Source of the DNA: a virus
Length of the DNA: 42,947 nt
Direction: 5' to 3' (one strand)
IMG/VR virus record: IMGVR_UViG_3300045988_166496
Location: 1-42,947 of that record
Shown here in pieces: positions 18,052-25,936 of the stretch; the first letter of the stretch is position 1, and every line of letters starts with the position of its first letter. The notes under the pieces were generated by a model. The model did no database searches. It saw only the letters and a program-made list of their open reading frames with translations, and had not been told where the DNA came from. The position numbers and the translations under genes are program-made.

Positions 18052-18630
18052 TTAATCGATATCTAATAAGTACAATATTGCAGCTTCTTTACAGTCATGT
18101 TTTTTTATTTTCTTTTCACCTTTTTTATTGCATATACTCAAATATCCATCATTATTTTCTATATAAAACAATCCTCGTGGATATCCAGTATTAATCATGC
18201 CAATAAAATCGCCTGGTCTAATTTGTTTTAACTTTATCTTTTTTTCACTCACAATATAATTATTTATTATTTTGTAGTTTTCTATTTTTGTTAACTTACA
18301 TCTAGATATATTTAATTTTTCGGATGCTACCTTTTTACTTTCAAATTCATATTTTTTATTAAGATCCATATCATATACATAAGTTTTTTTATTATGTGAA
18401 TTATTTTTATTTTTCTTAAATATTGTTTCTAATTCTGTTTTTCCCCCTGATGCTCTAAGTTCTTTTATTTCCTTTATTCTTTTTTTAGCTTCTTGTTTAT
18501 CTTGTAAGGTAGTAAAGTTTGGAATATCTTTACCACCTTCTAAAATTGTGTATGCAAGTGCTAAATAGTTATCATATAAAGGCTCTTTTTCCTCATAATA
18601 CCAACTCATAAAATCACTCCCATTACTCAT
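18052..18630 (-). CDS. Hypothetical protein (192 aa)
   Basis: ORF in the operon. A NUMOD-like segment (KVASEKLNISRCKLTKIE) is possible. Confidence 0.5.
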   Translation of the reverse strand: MSNGSDFMSWYYEEKEPLYDNYLALAYTILEGGKDIPNFTTLQDKQEAKKRIKEIKELRASGGKTELETIFKKNKNNSHNKKTYVYDMDLNKKYEFESKKVASEKLNISRCKLTKIENYKIINNYIVSEKKIKLKQIRPGDFIGMINTGYPRGLFYIENNDGYLSICNKKGEKKIKKHDCKEAAILYLLDID

Positions 18631-19249
18631 CGTATCTGTTAGCTATTTTCTTTTGTTTTCTCTTACTAATTTTCTTTTTAGTCCCAATCTTTTTATTTAT
18701 CTCATGTGTTTTCTTATTAAATTGCAAATTTTTATAAAAGTCTTTTGTACTTTGAGATTGTTTTAAGTTATCAATATCTTCTTCTGTTTCAAATGCAAAA
18801 GGACAGTTAGGTTGACTTTCTAATCCTGGTACTAAGCTTTCTAAGAAGATATTGTATATATCACATTTATCACATGGCATCTTACAGTTATTACATCTAA
18901 ATGTGATTGTTTCTGTTACAAGAGTTTTTATATCGTCGTCTGACATCTTTATACTGTTATATTCGTCAAATGTTCTTTTTTCTAAAGCTTTTGCTCCCTC
19001 TACTGACATTATTTTTACTTCAAAGTTTTTAGCATGTTTTACTAATTTATCTTTTTCATGCTCTGGCATTCTACTTACAATACTTACTAATGCATTATTA
19101 GTCATAGTTATACTTGTTTTTAGCTTTCTTTTTTCTTCTGATGTTAAATTATTTTTCCAAAGGTCCATAATGTTATCAAGATACATTGTTGTTGTCATTG
19201 CTAATAGCCAATTATCTCTTTCCTTTCTACTTAAATAATTTTTAGTCAT
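18623..19249 (-). CDS. Hypothetical protein with a Cys cluster (208 aa)
   Basis: FRCNNCKMPCDKCDIYNIF and a basic C-terminus. It lies directly downstream of parB. Confidence 0.5.
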   Translation of the reverse strand: MTKNYLSRKERDNWLLAMTTTMYLDNIMDLWKNNLTSEEKRKLKTSITMTNNALVSIVSRMPEHEKDKLVKHAKNFEVKIMSVEGAKALEKRTFDEYNSIKMSDDDIKTLVTETITFRCNNCKMPCDKCDIYNIFLESLVPGLESQPNCPFAFETEEDIDNLKQSQSTKDFYKNLQFNKKTHEINKKIGTKKKISKRKQKKIANRYDE

Positions 19250-19261
19250 TTAAAACACCCC

Positions 19262-20281
19262 CTAGCCTGGAAATTCAGATTCTAACATATTTTCTATTTC
19301 TAACCATATTCTTATTTGTTTTTTACATAATCTGTCTGTTACTTCTTCTGTATTATAAAAAATACATTTACCTTTACTTCCAATCGGACAAATTTTACAT
19401 TGTCGATTTATCATTCTAAACATGAATTCTGACATATATATCGTGTCAAATGTTTTAATTTTATCTAAATTACTTATTTTTTTATTTTCCACTTCTATGT
19501 TTTCTAATGCTTCCTCAACATCTATTTGACCTTTTATATTTTCATTTTTAAATTCTTTTTTAAAGTCTTTAATATTTTGTACTTTTAGATCACCTATGTT
19601 GTCCTTTGTTTTCTCATATATTTCTTGTTGCTTTTCCTTGTCTATCCCAGCAATTTCGTTTGCAGTTGCAAAATTTATATTTCCTTCGTCTAATTCTTTT
19701 CTAAAGTCATTATGTAAATTATTATTTATATTTTCCATCTGGGCTACCTTTGTTTTACTGACACCTAGTATAGATGCAACTACATCCCTTAATCTTCCTT
19801 TACTTAGGTCATATCCTTTTAACTGTTTACCTTCTTGTTTCATCTTTTGAAGATTTGTTTTTAACTTAGCTTCTTCCTGTAGCATTTCATTAACTGTTTT
19901 CACTCTACTACTATTAGCAATTATAATTTCTATTTCTTCTTCCTCTTCTGATGCTTCTTTTTTAATTTGACAAGTTACATATTCATACTCTTTATGTCCC
20001 TTTTCATACAGGCTCTTTAAAGCTTCTAGTCTACGTTCCCCAGATATTAATTTATATTCTTTACCTTCTTTTGGTTCATAAACTACTACCAAGTTGGACA
20101 TAAGTCCAACAAGGAGTATACTATTTGCTAATTCTTCTATATCAATGATTTGATAGAAATTTTTATCATTTCTATAAATGTTAAATATACTAATATCTTT
20201 TGTTCTAAAATTCGCTGAAGGCTTATCTTCTACTACATTTTTACTATTATTATTCAAACTATCTAAAATATTAAATGCCAT
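19262..20281 (-). CDS. parB: ParB-like partition / nuclease-domain protein
   Basis: ...YKLISGERRLEALKSL... ParB N-terminal box. Its start abuts the parA stop. Confidence 0.75.
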   Translation of the reverse strand: MAFNILDSLNNNSKNVVEDKPSANFRTKDISIFNIYRNDKNFYQIIDIEELANSILLVGLMSNLVVVYEPKEGKEYKLISGERRLEALKSLYEKGHKEYEYVTCQIKKEASEEEEEIEIIIANSSRVKTVNEMLQEEAKLKTNLQKMKQEGKQLKGYDLSKGRLRDVVASILGVSKTKVAQMENINNNLHNDFRKELDEGNINFATANEIAGIDKEKQQEIYEKTKDNIGDLKVQNIKDFKKEFKNENIKGQIDVEEALENIEVENKKISNLDKIKTFDTIYMSEFMFRMINRQCKICPIGSKGKCIFYNTEEVTDRLCKKQIRIWLEIENMLESEFPG

Positions 20282-21097
20282 TTATAAAACCTCCAATATT
20301 TCATCAGTTAAACTTTTATATTGCTTTGTAACTTTACTATTTTTACTTATATTTGGTAATGGTAAAAATGCTGCTGTTGATTTTTCTACAATTACACTTC
20401 TACTAATTATAGAGTCGAACATATCATGTTCATTTTTAAAAAACTCTTCTATCTGTTCAGTAGGTTTATTCTTTTGTTTCATTGTAAAAAGTCCTTTTAC
20501 TTTTATATGTGAATTAAATCCCTCTAAATTTTTAATTTGTACTTTTAAATCATTAATTGCATCAGCTTCAAATCCACCTAATTTTATTGGTGCTATAAGA
20601 AGATCTGTCGCTATTAATATATTTAATACAGTCATATCTAACACTAAACCGCAATCACATATCACATAGTCGTAATCATGTAAAAACTCAGATTCCGTTA
20701 TTTTTTTTAATACATTTTTCATTAATAAAACTTGTCCTGACTTTTCTGATATTGCTATCTTAATATTTGTATTCATAAGATATCCATTTGAAGGTATTAT
20801 ATCTAATCTACCTTCTGCATCATCTTTTTTAACTTTGTTATATACATTGTCTTTATGTATGCATCTCTTTATAACCTCTTCATTTATGTTATTGCTTAAT
20901 TGTGCTTCTAATAAGCCAGATATACTGTCAGATTCTCCTGTATCTATTACATGATATAATTTAGATGCATTCCCTTGTTGGTCCCCATCTACAAGTAATA
21001 CATTATATCCTTTATCTGCTAATATCCATGCAATACTCGTAGCTGTTATTGTTTTTCCTATTCCACCTTTTTCATTCATCACTGAAATTACTTTCAT
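20282..21097 (-). CDS. parA: ParA/Soj-family partition ATPase
   Basis: MKVISVMNEKGGIGKTITATSIAWILADKGYNVLLVDGDQQGNAS is a deviant Walker A. The ATG at 21097 lies 8 nt after AGGAGG. Confidence 0.9.
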   Translation of the reverse strand: MKVISVMNEKGGIGKTITATSIAWILADKGYNVLLVDGDQQGNASKLYHVIDTGESDSISGLLEAQLSNNINEEVIKRCIHKDNVYNKVKKDDAEGRLDIIPSNGYLMNTNIKIAISEKSGQVLLMKNVLKKITESEFLHDYDYVICDCGLVLDMTVLNILIATDLLIAPIKLGGFEADAINDLKVQIKNLEGFNSHIKVKGLFTMKQKNKPTEQIEEFFKNEHDMFDSIISRSVIVEKSTAAFLPLPNISKNSKVTKQYKSLTDEILEVL

Positions 21098-21114
21098 ATG
21101 CATATCCTCCTGTT

Positions 21115-21600
21115 TTATTCTGTGTCAATTTCTGACACCATTTTAAAATCTACTTTTCCAGTAGTTCCATCCTCTTGCAAGTATCTATGCGCCTTTAAAA
21201 ATTTCTCATAATCACTACTCATGTAAGCAGCTATTAAATTTATAGCTTCATCTGCACCATAACAAACAGTAGCTATATATTTTTGATGACTTAACTTCTT
21301 AATCCATTCTATTTGCTCTTTTGATACTTTACTTTGTTTATCTTTTTTTAATTCGATATATAGTCCGTGCATCCCCATTTTAGGAACTGCCACACATATA
21401 TCTGGAACACCTTTTTTAAGTCCAGCCTTAACTAAGTTACTTCCTGTTTTTCGATTTCTATTACCTTCATTAGGAACATGATAAATTAATGAGTAATCCT
21501 TATCATAAGCCTCCATTGATTTACACCACTGCATAACTCTTATTTGTTCGGTTAATTCGCTCTTAGGCGCTAAATATTGCGTTTTTCTATATTTAGACAT
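21115..21600 (-). CDS. VRR-NUC domain nuclease
   Basis: ...GVPDICVAVPKMGMHGLYIELKKDK... is a PD-(D/E)xK signature. The ATG at 21600 lies 6 nt after AAGGAG. Confidence 0.7.
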   Translation of the reverse strand: MSKYRKTQYLAPKSELTEQIRVMQWCKSMEAYDKDYSLIYHVPNEGNRNRKTGSNLVKAGLKKGVPDICVAVPKMGMHGLYIELKKDKQSKVSKEQIEWIKKLSHQKYIATVCYGADEAINLIAAYMSSDYEKFLKAHRYLQEDGTTGKVDFKMVSEIDTE

Positions 21601-21629
21601 AATCTTCTCCTTTTCTATTGATTTATTTT

Positions 21630-22370
21630 TCAATTTTTACTCTTTATCAGTGTATAAGTAAAAAATTTATATCCTGTTTCATAATGAAATCCATTGTATA
21701 TGCTATCTTTTTGTAGGTAATATTCATTTCTATATTTTTTAGGAATAGATACTTTTTCTTTAAAGAAATCATGTTTATTTATTATTTTTTTGATTATAAG
21801 AGGTTTCTTTAAATTTCTACTTGAACTCCAAGCTTTACCACTTAACTTTTTAGCTTCTTGTTTATGTTCTTTTGTGAATTTCAACAAATAAGCAGCTAGA
21901 TCTTTATATTGTCCCGTATTATCAAGCATGTGTATATTTACTCTCCCTTTTTTCCAAATAGAAGTTAATATACCAGGATCTATTTTATTAATCACCATAT
22001 GGAAATGTAATGCTCCTTTTTTTCCTCTTTCTGCTACATATATATATTTCAAATCAATATCATTCTTTTTACATACTCCTCTTAAACTTTTAAGGAATTG
22101 TCTCATATCATTTTTCATATCTTCAATAGTTGCTGGTCTTTCTTCTTTTTTATAATTAAGTACAACATGATAGTCATTTTCTTTAAAGTTAGTATTTATT
22201 AATCTTGTTAACTTCTTTTCTTGTCTTTTATAATTTATTCTCTCTTGAGCTTCTTTTGTATTCTCTATTGATTTACTTCTAATTGCATTTTTACATTTAT
22301 ACCTGTGAGAATAATATTTACTTATCTCGATTGTCTTACCAGCAATTACAGTTTCATGTATATATGGCAT
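21630..22370 (-). CDS. HUH-superfamily rolling-circle replication initiator-like protein
   Basis: Motif 1-like YHVVLNYK, an HUH motif in GALHFHMVIN, and a Y-x-x-K in AAYLLKFTKE. RBS is TAGGGGGA. Confidence 0.6.
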   Translation of the reverse strand: MPYIHETVIAGKTIEISKYYSHRYKCKNAIRSKSIENTKEAQERINYKRQEKKLTRLINTNFKENDYHVVLNYKKEERPATIEDMKNDMRQFLKSLRGVCKKNDIDLKYIYVAERGKKGALHFHMVINKIDPGILTSIWKKGRVNIHMLDNTGQYKDLAAYLLKFTKEHKQEAKKLSGKAWSSSRNLKKPLIIKKIINKHDFFKEKVSIPKKYRNEYYLQKDSIYNGFHYETGYKFFTYTLIKSKN

Positions 22371-22534
22371 TTTCTATTCCCCCTATTACAATTAATTAAT
22401 GAATAATTAATTTAGTAATGTCTAATAATAAAAAGAATAATATTTATTATTTTTTATTAATTAAAATATATATTAGGTTCTTAAGTTAATACTATTATCA
22501 AGCTTTCAAGCACCGACCAGTGCATTGGTATATC

Positions 22535-22563
22535 TTGATTATGTAGTTTTAAAATGTTATAAT
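22535..22563 (+). promoter_or_regulatory. Near-consensus sigma-A promoter on the plus strand (TTGATT-17-TGtTATAAT)
   Basis: -35 at 22535-22540, extended -10 at 22555-22563, spacer 17 nt. Confidence 0.55.
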
Positions 22564-22569
22564 TTTTAT

Positions 22570-22645
22570 ATACTTATAGTTGCAGCTATAAGTTACATAT
22601 GGCATTTTTTAACCAGATAATAAAAAATACCTGGTTAATTTTTTT
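22570..22645 (+). ncRNA. Candidate small RNA 1 (about 75 nt), antisense to the rep leader
   Basis: It lies downstream of the promoter above. Hairpin cttatag/ctataag at 22573-22592, then ttaaccag/ctggttaa at 22609-22638 followed by T7. Confidence 0.35.
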
Positions 22646-22654
22646 GCCATTTTT

Positions 22655-22793
22655 TGATATAATGTTTTTATTTGTTATCAACAGAAGTTATTAACAAATT
22701 ATGTATAACTTCTGTGCTTGTTTTTATCTAAGTTGTAATTTTACTTTCTTTCTATCTTTTTTATTGCGAAGTGAAATTACAACTTCTTTTTTA
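22655..22793 (+). ncRNA. Candidate small RNA 2 (about 125 nt) with its extended -10 promoter (TGATATAAT at 22655-22663)
   Basis: An 11-bp perfect stem at 22681-22691/22705-22715 followed by a T-run, and a 12-bp perfect stem at 22730-22741/22774-22785 followed by a T6 run. Both U-runs fit only the plus strand. Confidence 0.35.
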
Positions 22794-22876
22794 TCTGTTA
22801 TAATAACTATTTGGTTATCACTTATTTGTTTTACTTTCATCTTTTATCTTTTTCCCTTCCTTTTACTACTCGCAAA

Positions 22877-23359
22877 TTATTGTTGAATATAATTTTTACA
22901 ATAATCTAACCATACTAATACATCAATTTCATTGTCACTAGCTTCTCCTGCTTCGGCAACTTTATAGTTTTTATTGATTTCTTCTATGATTTCAGCCTTA
23001 TATCTTATAAATTCACTTTCAGATATAACCCCTTTTACATCCAATGGATCTACTATATAGTTTCCGTTTTTTGATTCTTCACAAACTATATCAACTATAT
23101 AATCTGATACTTTTTTTATATCTGGTTTAGATTCATCAGTTGTTATAACTTTATTGATTCTAATCCATGAACAAAAACCTTTCTTTCCAGCACCTTCGCA
23201 ATCATGCCCATCAATAAATCTATCAAACTCTATACCTAAAACTGCTCCTACAAGGCTGTCATATTGATATGTTATAATTCTTCCTATATCACCATATCTA
23301 ATATTTTTATTTGATACATTTTTTAGATTTATAACTTTAACTTGATCTCCTATATTCAT
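22877..23359 (-). CDS. Hypothetical protein (160 aa)
   Basis: ORF in the early operon. Confidence 0.5.
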   Translation of the reverse strand: MNIGDQVKVINLKNVSNKNIRYGDIGRIITYQYDSLVGAVLGIEFDRFIDGHDCEGAGKKGFCSWIRINKVITTDESKPDIKKVSDYIVDIVCEESKNGNYIVDPLDVKGVISESEFIRYKAEIIEEINKNYKVAEAGEASDNEIDVLVWLDYCKNYIQQ

Positions 23360-23362
23360 TTT

Positions 23363-23632
23363 TTACACCTCTCTACACCAATAAGGTCTTACAAATATTA
23401 CATTTGGATATGCTCCTTTAGCACCTGTAATTAATTCAGCGCCTTTACTATGTCTTACCTTTACTTTTTTCTTATCCATTTTTTTATACATGTCTATTTT
23501 GTGATATCGTTTTGCTGTGCAATAGTCTTGATATGCTTCATAAGAAAAAACATACTCTTTTCCTTTTTCGAAATTACGAACATAATCTTTATTTTTTATG
23601 TACTTTTTTAGGTTTATTTGAACAACTTCCAT
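23363..23632 (-). CDS. Hypothetical protein (89 aa)
   Basis: ATG 23632 (MEVVQINLKK) lies 4 nt after GGAGGG. Confidence 0.5.
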   Translation of the reverse strand: MEVVQINLKKYIKNKDYVRNFEKGKEYVFSYEAYQDYCTAKRYHKIDMYKKMDKKKVKVRHSKGAELITGAKGAYPNVIFVRPYWCREV

Positions 23633-24083
23633 TTGACCCTCCATATCTAATTTTTTTATAATCTCTTTCAGTTATATAAAAATGAACTGAGTCATTATTT
23701 TCTATTAGATATATTGTGTTAGATCTTCCAGGACTCTTTACTACTTTTAAATATTTATTTTTATGTTCTATTTTGATTGTTGTTAATATTCCTGTTTTTT
23801 CTTTTATATACTTTTTATCTTTGTTTAGAATTTTTACTTTAACTGGTGTTCCATTAGGCATTGTTTTTAATACATCTGCCCATATTCTAATTTCAGCTTC
23901 CTTTTTTGTGTTTTGATTAGTCTTATTTTGATTAGTCTCTTGATTAGCATTCTTTTCTTCTTTTCTTGTTTCTAAAGCAAAAACCAATTGTTCTTTATTC
24001 ATTTTGCTTCTTCCTTTGATACAAAATTCTTTTGCTTTCTGTCTTAATTCTTTAAATGTCAAATTCTCTAGGTATTTCATCAT
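23589..24083 (-). CDS. Protein with a Rho-N/SAP-like N-terminal domain
   Basis: LTFKELRQKAKEFCIKGRSKMNKEQLVFAL. RBS is AGGGGGAA. Confidence 0.55.
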   Translation of the reverse strand: MMKYLENLTFKELRQKAKEFCIKGRSKMNKEQLVFALETRKEEKNANQETNQNKTNQNTKKEAEIRIWADVLKTMPNGTPVKVKILNKDKKYIKEKTGILTTIKIEHKNKYLKVVKSPGRSNTIYLIENNDSVHFYITERDYKKIRYGGSNGSCSNKPKKVHKK

Positions 24084-24498
24084 TATTTCCCCCTTGATTA
24101 TTTAACTTTTGTTTTAATAAATTTAATTCAAACTTTGCACGACAGAGATTAAATTTACAATTTTTTACTCTATCTACACTAAATTGTTTTTCTTCCTCTT
24201 TTTTTAATTTTTTTTCACATTCTTCTACTTTTTTTAATGCTATTTTTATTTTTTTGTTCAATTCTTCATTTGTAATATGTTCTACCTGTTCTTGAAATGC
24301 CTTATAATAGTTTAATGTTGGTAATATATCCCTAAATGTTTCAAATTTTACATCTGTATTTATATATGTATGTAATTTTTCCTGTTTCTTAGTTGGTTTA
24401 CTATTAATCTCCTTCTTGAGTTGTTCTGTAGTATATATCCCTATTTCATTCAGATATCTCCACATATCCCCAAATCTTTTAGATTCCTTTGTCCCCAT
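24052..24498 (-). CDS. Hypothetical coiled-coil early protein (148 aa)
   Basis: ORF with a GAGGGGGA RBS. Confidence 0.5.
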   Translation of the reverse strand: MGTKESKRFGDMWRYLNEIGIYTTEQLKKEINSKPTKKQEKLHTYINTDVKFETFRDILPTLNYYKAFQEQVEHITNEELNKKIKIALKKVEECEKKLKKEEEKQFSVDRVKNCKFNLCRAKFELNLLKQKLNNQGGNNDEIPREFDI

Positions 24499-24526
24499 AT
24501 AAAAGTCCCCCTCTATAAGGCGAGAA

Positions 24527-24691
24527 TTAATTCGCCTTATTTTTTTTGTTTGACTCTTCTTTTTCTTTTATTTCAAAAAGTAGGTCTTGCTTACCTGCCA
24601 TATAACCTGCAATAAAAGATTTTTCATTTTCTGATAAATTTACAAATTTTTCAGCTATATTTGTTATTAATTCACGCTTTTTATTCTTCAT
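24527..24691 (-). CDS. First early gene, a small protein (54 aa, not in the ORF track)
   Basis: AGAGGTGAG RBS. Sequence is MKNKKRELITNIAEKFVNLSENEKSFIAGYMAGKQDLLFEIKEKEESNKKNKAN. It lies immediately downstream of the divergent promoter. Confidence 0.5.
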   Translation of the reverse strand: MKNKKRELITNIAEKFVNLSENEKSFIAGYMAGKQDLLFEIKEKEESNKKNKAN

Positions 24692-24707
24692 TTTCTCACC
24701 TCTTTCG

Positions 24708-24808
24708 TTTGGGTTACCCTTATTTATCTATAATTATATATGGGTTATCCATTTTTTTCAACCTTTTTTTGTTTTTTTGTTGATTTTTTTTTGGGTTACC
24801 CTTATTAT
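24708..24808. promoter_or_regulatory. Lysis-lysogeny switch: divergent promoters with three GGGT-T-ACCC operators
   Basis: TTGGGTTACCCTTATT occurs at 24709-24724 and 24791-24806, with a degenerate GGGTTATCC at 24742-24750. The minus-strand promoter is TTGAAA (24756-24761) -17- TATAAT (24733-24738). The plus-strand promoter is TTGATT (24780-24785) -17- TATTAT (24803-24808). Two operators sit in the promoter spacers. Confidence 0.6.
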
Positions 24809-24828
24809 GGTAATAGGAGGTGTTTATT

Positions 24829-25206
24829 TTGAATATGGGAGAAAGAATTAGAAAGCTTAGAAAACACTTGAAACTGTCTCAGGCTGAGTTTGGCCAACAA
24901 ATAGGATTAAAGCCTGCAAGTATAAGTGATTTGGAAACAGGTAGAACTTCAATAACTGAAAGAAATATTAAATTAATTTGTAATCAATTTAATGTGGATT
25001 ATATTTGGCTTACATCTGGTAATGGAGATATGTTTATTCAAGATGATAATGAAGATTATCAAATGCTTATAGATAATATAATGTGTGGTGAAAATGAATT
25101 TCATAAAAATCTTTTTAAAACTTTTGCAAAGTTAGATGAAAATGAATTGAAAACTCTTGAAAAGATAATAGATAAATTTTTAGAAATAAAATCATCCGAT
25201 AATTAA
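24829..25206 (+). CDS. CI-like XRE-family repressor
   Basis: GERIRKLRKHLKLSQAEFGQQIGLKPASISDLETGRTSITERNIKLICNQFNV is a helix-turn-helix. The start is ambiguous: TTG 24829 lies 8 nt after AGGAGG, and ATG 24835 is the alternative. Confidence 0.8.
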   Translation: MNMGERIRKLRKHLKLSQAEFGQQIGLKPASISDLETGRTSITERNIKLICNQFNVDYIWLTSGNGDMFIQDDNEDYQMLIDNIMCGENEFHKNLFKTFAKLDENELKTLEKIIDKFLEIKSSDN

Positions 25207-25207
25207 A

Positions 25208-25238
25208 ATAATCCAGCTTAGCTGGATTATTTTTTTTT
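25208..25238 (+). terminator. Intrinsic terminator of the repressor gene
   Basis: ataatccagc-tta-gctggattat followed by a T9 run. Confidence 0.8.
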
Positions 25239-25340
25239 ATATAAATACAATGTTAATTTATAAATTCTCTTTAATTTATTACTGTCTTTTATGTTTTTTA
25301 ACATTCTTACAATAGCTTCTATATATTTATCATCGTTCAC
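25227..25340 (-). CDS. Small ORF (37 aa) convergent with the repressor gene; speculative
   Basis: AGGGGGGA RBS 7 nt before GTG 25340. Sequence is (M)NDDKYIEAIVRMLKNIKDSNKLKRIYKLTLYLYKKK. Confidence 0.3.
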   Translation of the reverse strand: MNDDKYIEAIVRMLKNIKDSNKLKRIYKLTLYLYKKK

Positions 25341-25722
25341 AGTTTAATCCCCCCTTTATCGAACGGATGTTTTTTAATTAACACTATTATAATCTAATTA
25401 TTTACATTTTTCAATCAAAGACATTCTGTTTTAATTTTTATTTTAATAAGTTTTCATCAACAAAAGACATTTTTACCTATTTTACCTTTTTATAAGTCTT
25501 TTTATAAAATTTATGCACTTTTTACGACAATGTATTATTATTTCTTGTATTTACCTTTCACATTATATTTTACAAAATTTTTTTTATTTCTTATCTATTT
25601 TAAAACTCATTTTAAAAAAATAAATAAAATAATTCCTAATTTAAATTTTTTTGTTGAAATTTTAAATTTTTATGTTTATTATCTTACTAAATGTACAAAC
25701 TATTATTAAGAGGTGATTAATT

Positions 25723-25920
25723 TTGATAAATATAGAAAAAGAAATAAAAAAAATTTTAATAGATGAAAATTTAAATGTTTCTAAATTGGCAAACTTACTT
25801 AATACAAGTAGTCAAAATTTAACTGCTAAACTAAAAAGAAATAATCTGAAATTAAATGATATACAAGAAATTGCAAATGCATTAGGGTATCATGTTGAAA
25901 TATCATTCAAAAAAAATTAA
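25723..25920 (+). CDS. Small XRE-type HTH protein upstream of the serine recombinase (regulator or directionality-factor candidate)
   Basis: LNVSKLANLLNTSSQNLTAKLKRNNLKLNDIQEIANALGY. The TTG start lies 6 nt after AGAGGTGA. Confidence 0.6.
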   Translation: MINIEKEIKKILIDENLNVSKLANLLNTSSQNLTAKLKRNNLKLNDIQEIANALGYHVEISFKKN

Positions 25921-25936
25921 TTAGGAGGATTTTCTT

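Noticed and set aside
24514-24547. Hairpin ataaggcga/tcgccttat followed by a T8 run, oriented as a plus-strand terminator, at the end of the first early gene
   Set aside because: No plus-strand gene or promoter is evident upstream. It may stop antisense transcription or may be coincidental. The evidence is too weak to call a feature.
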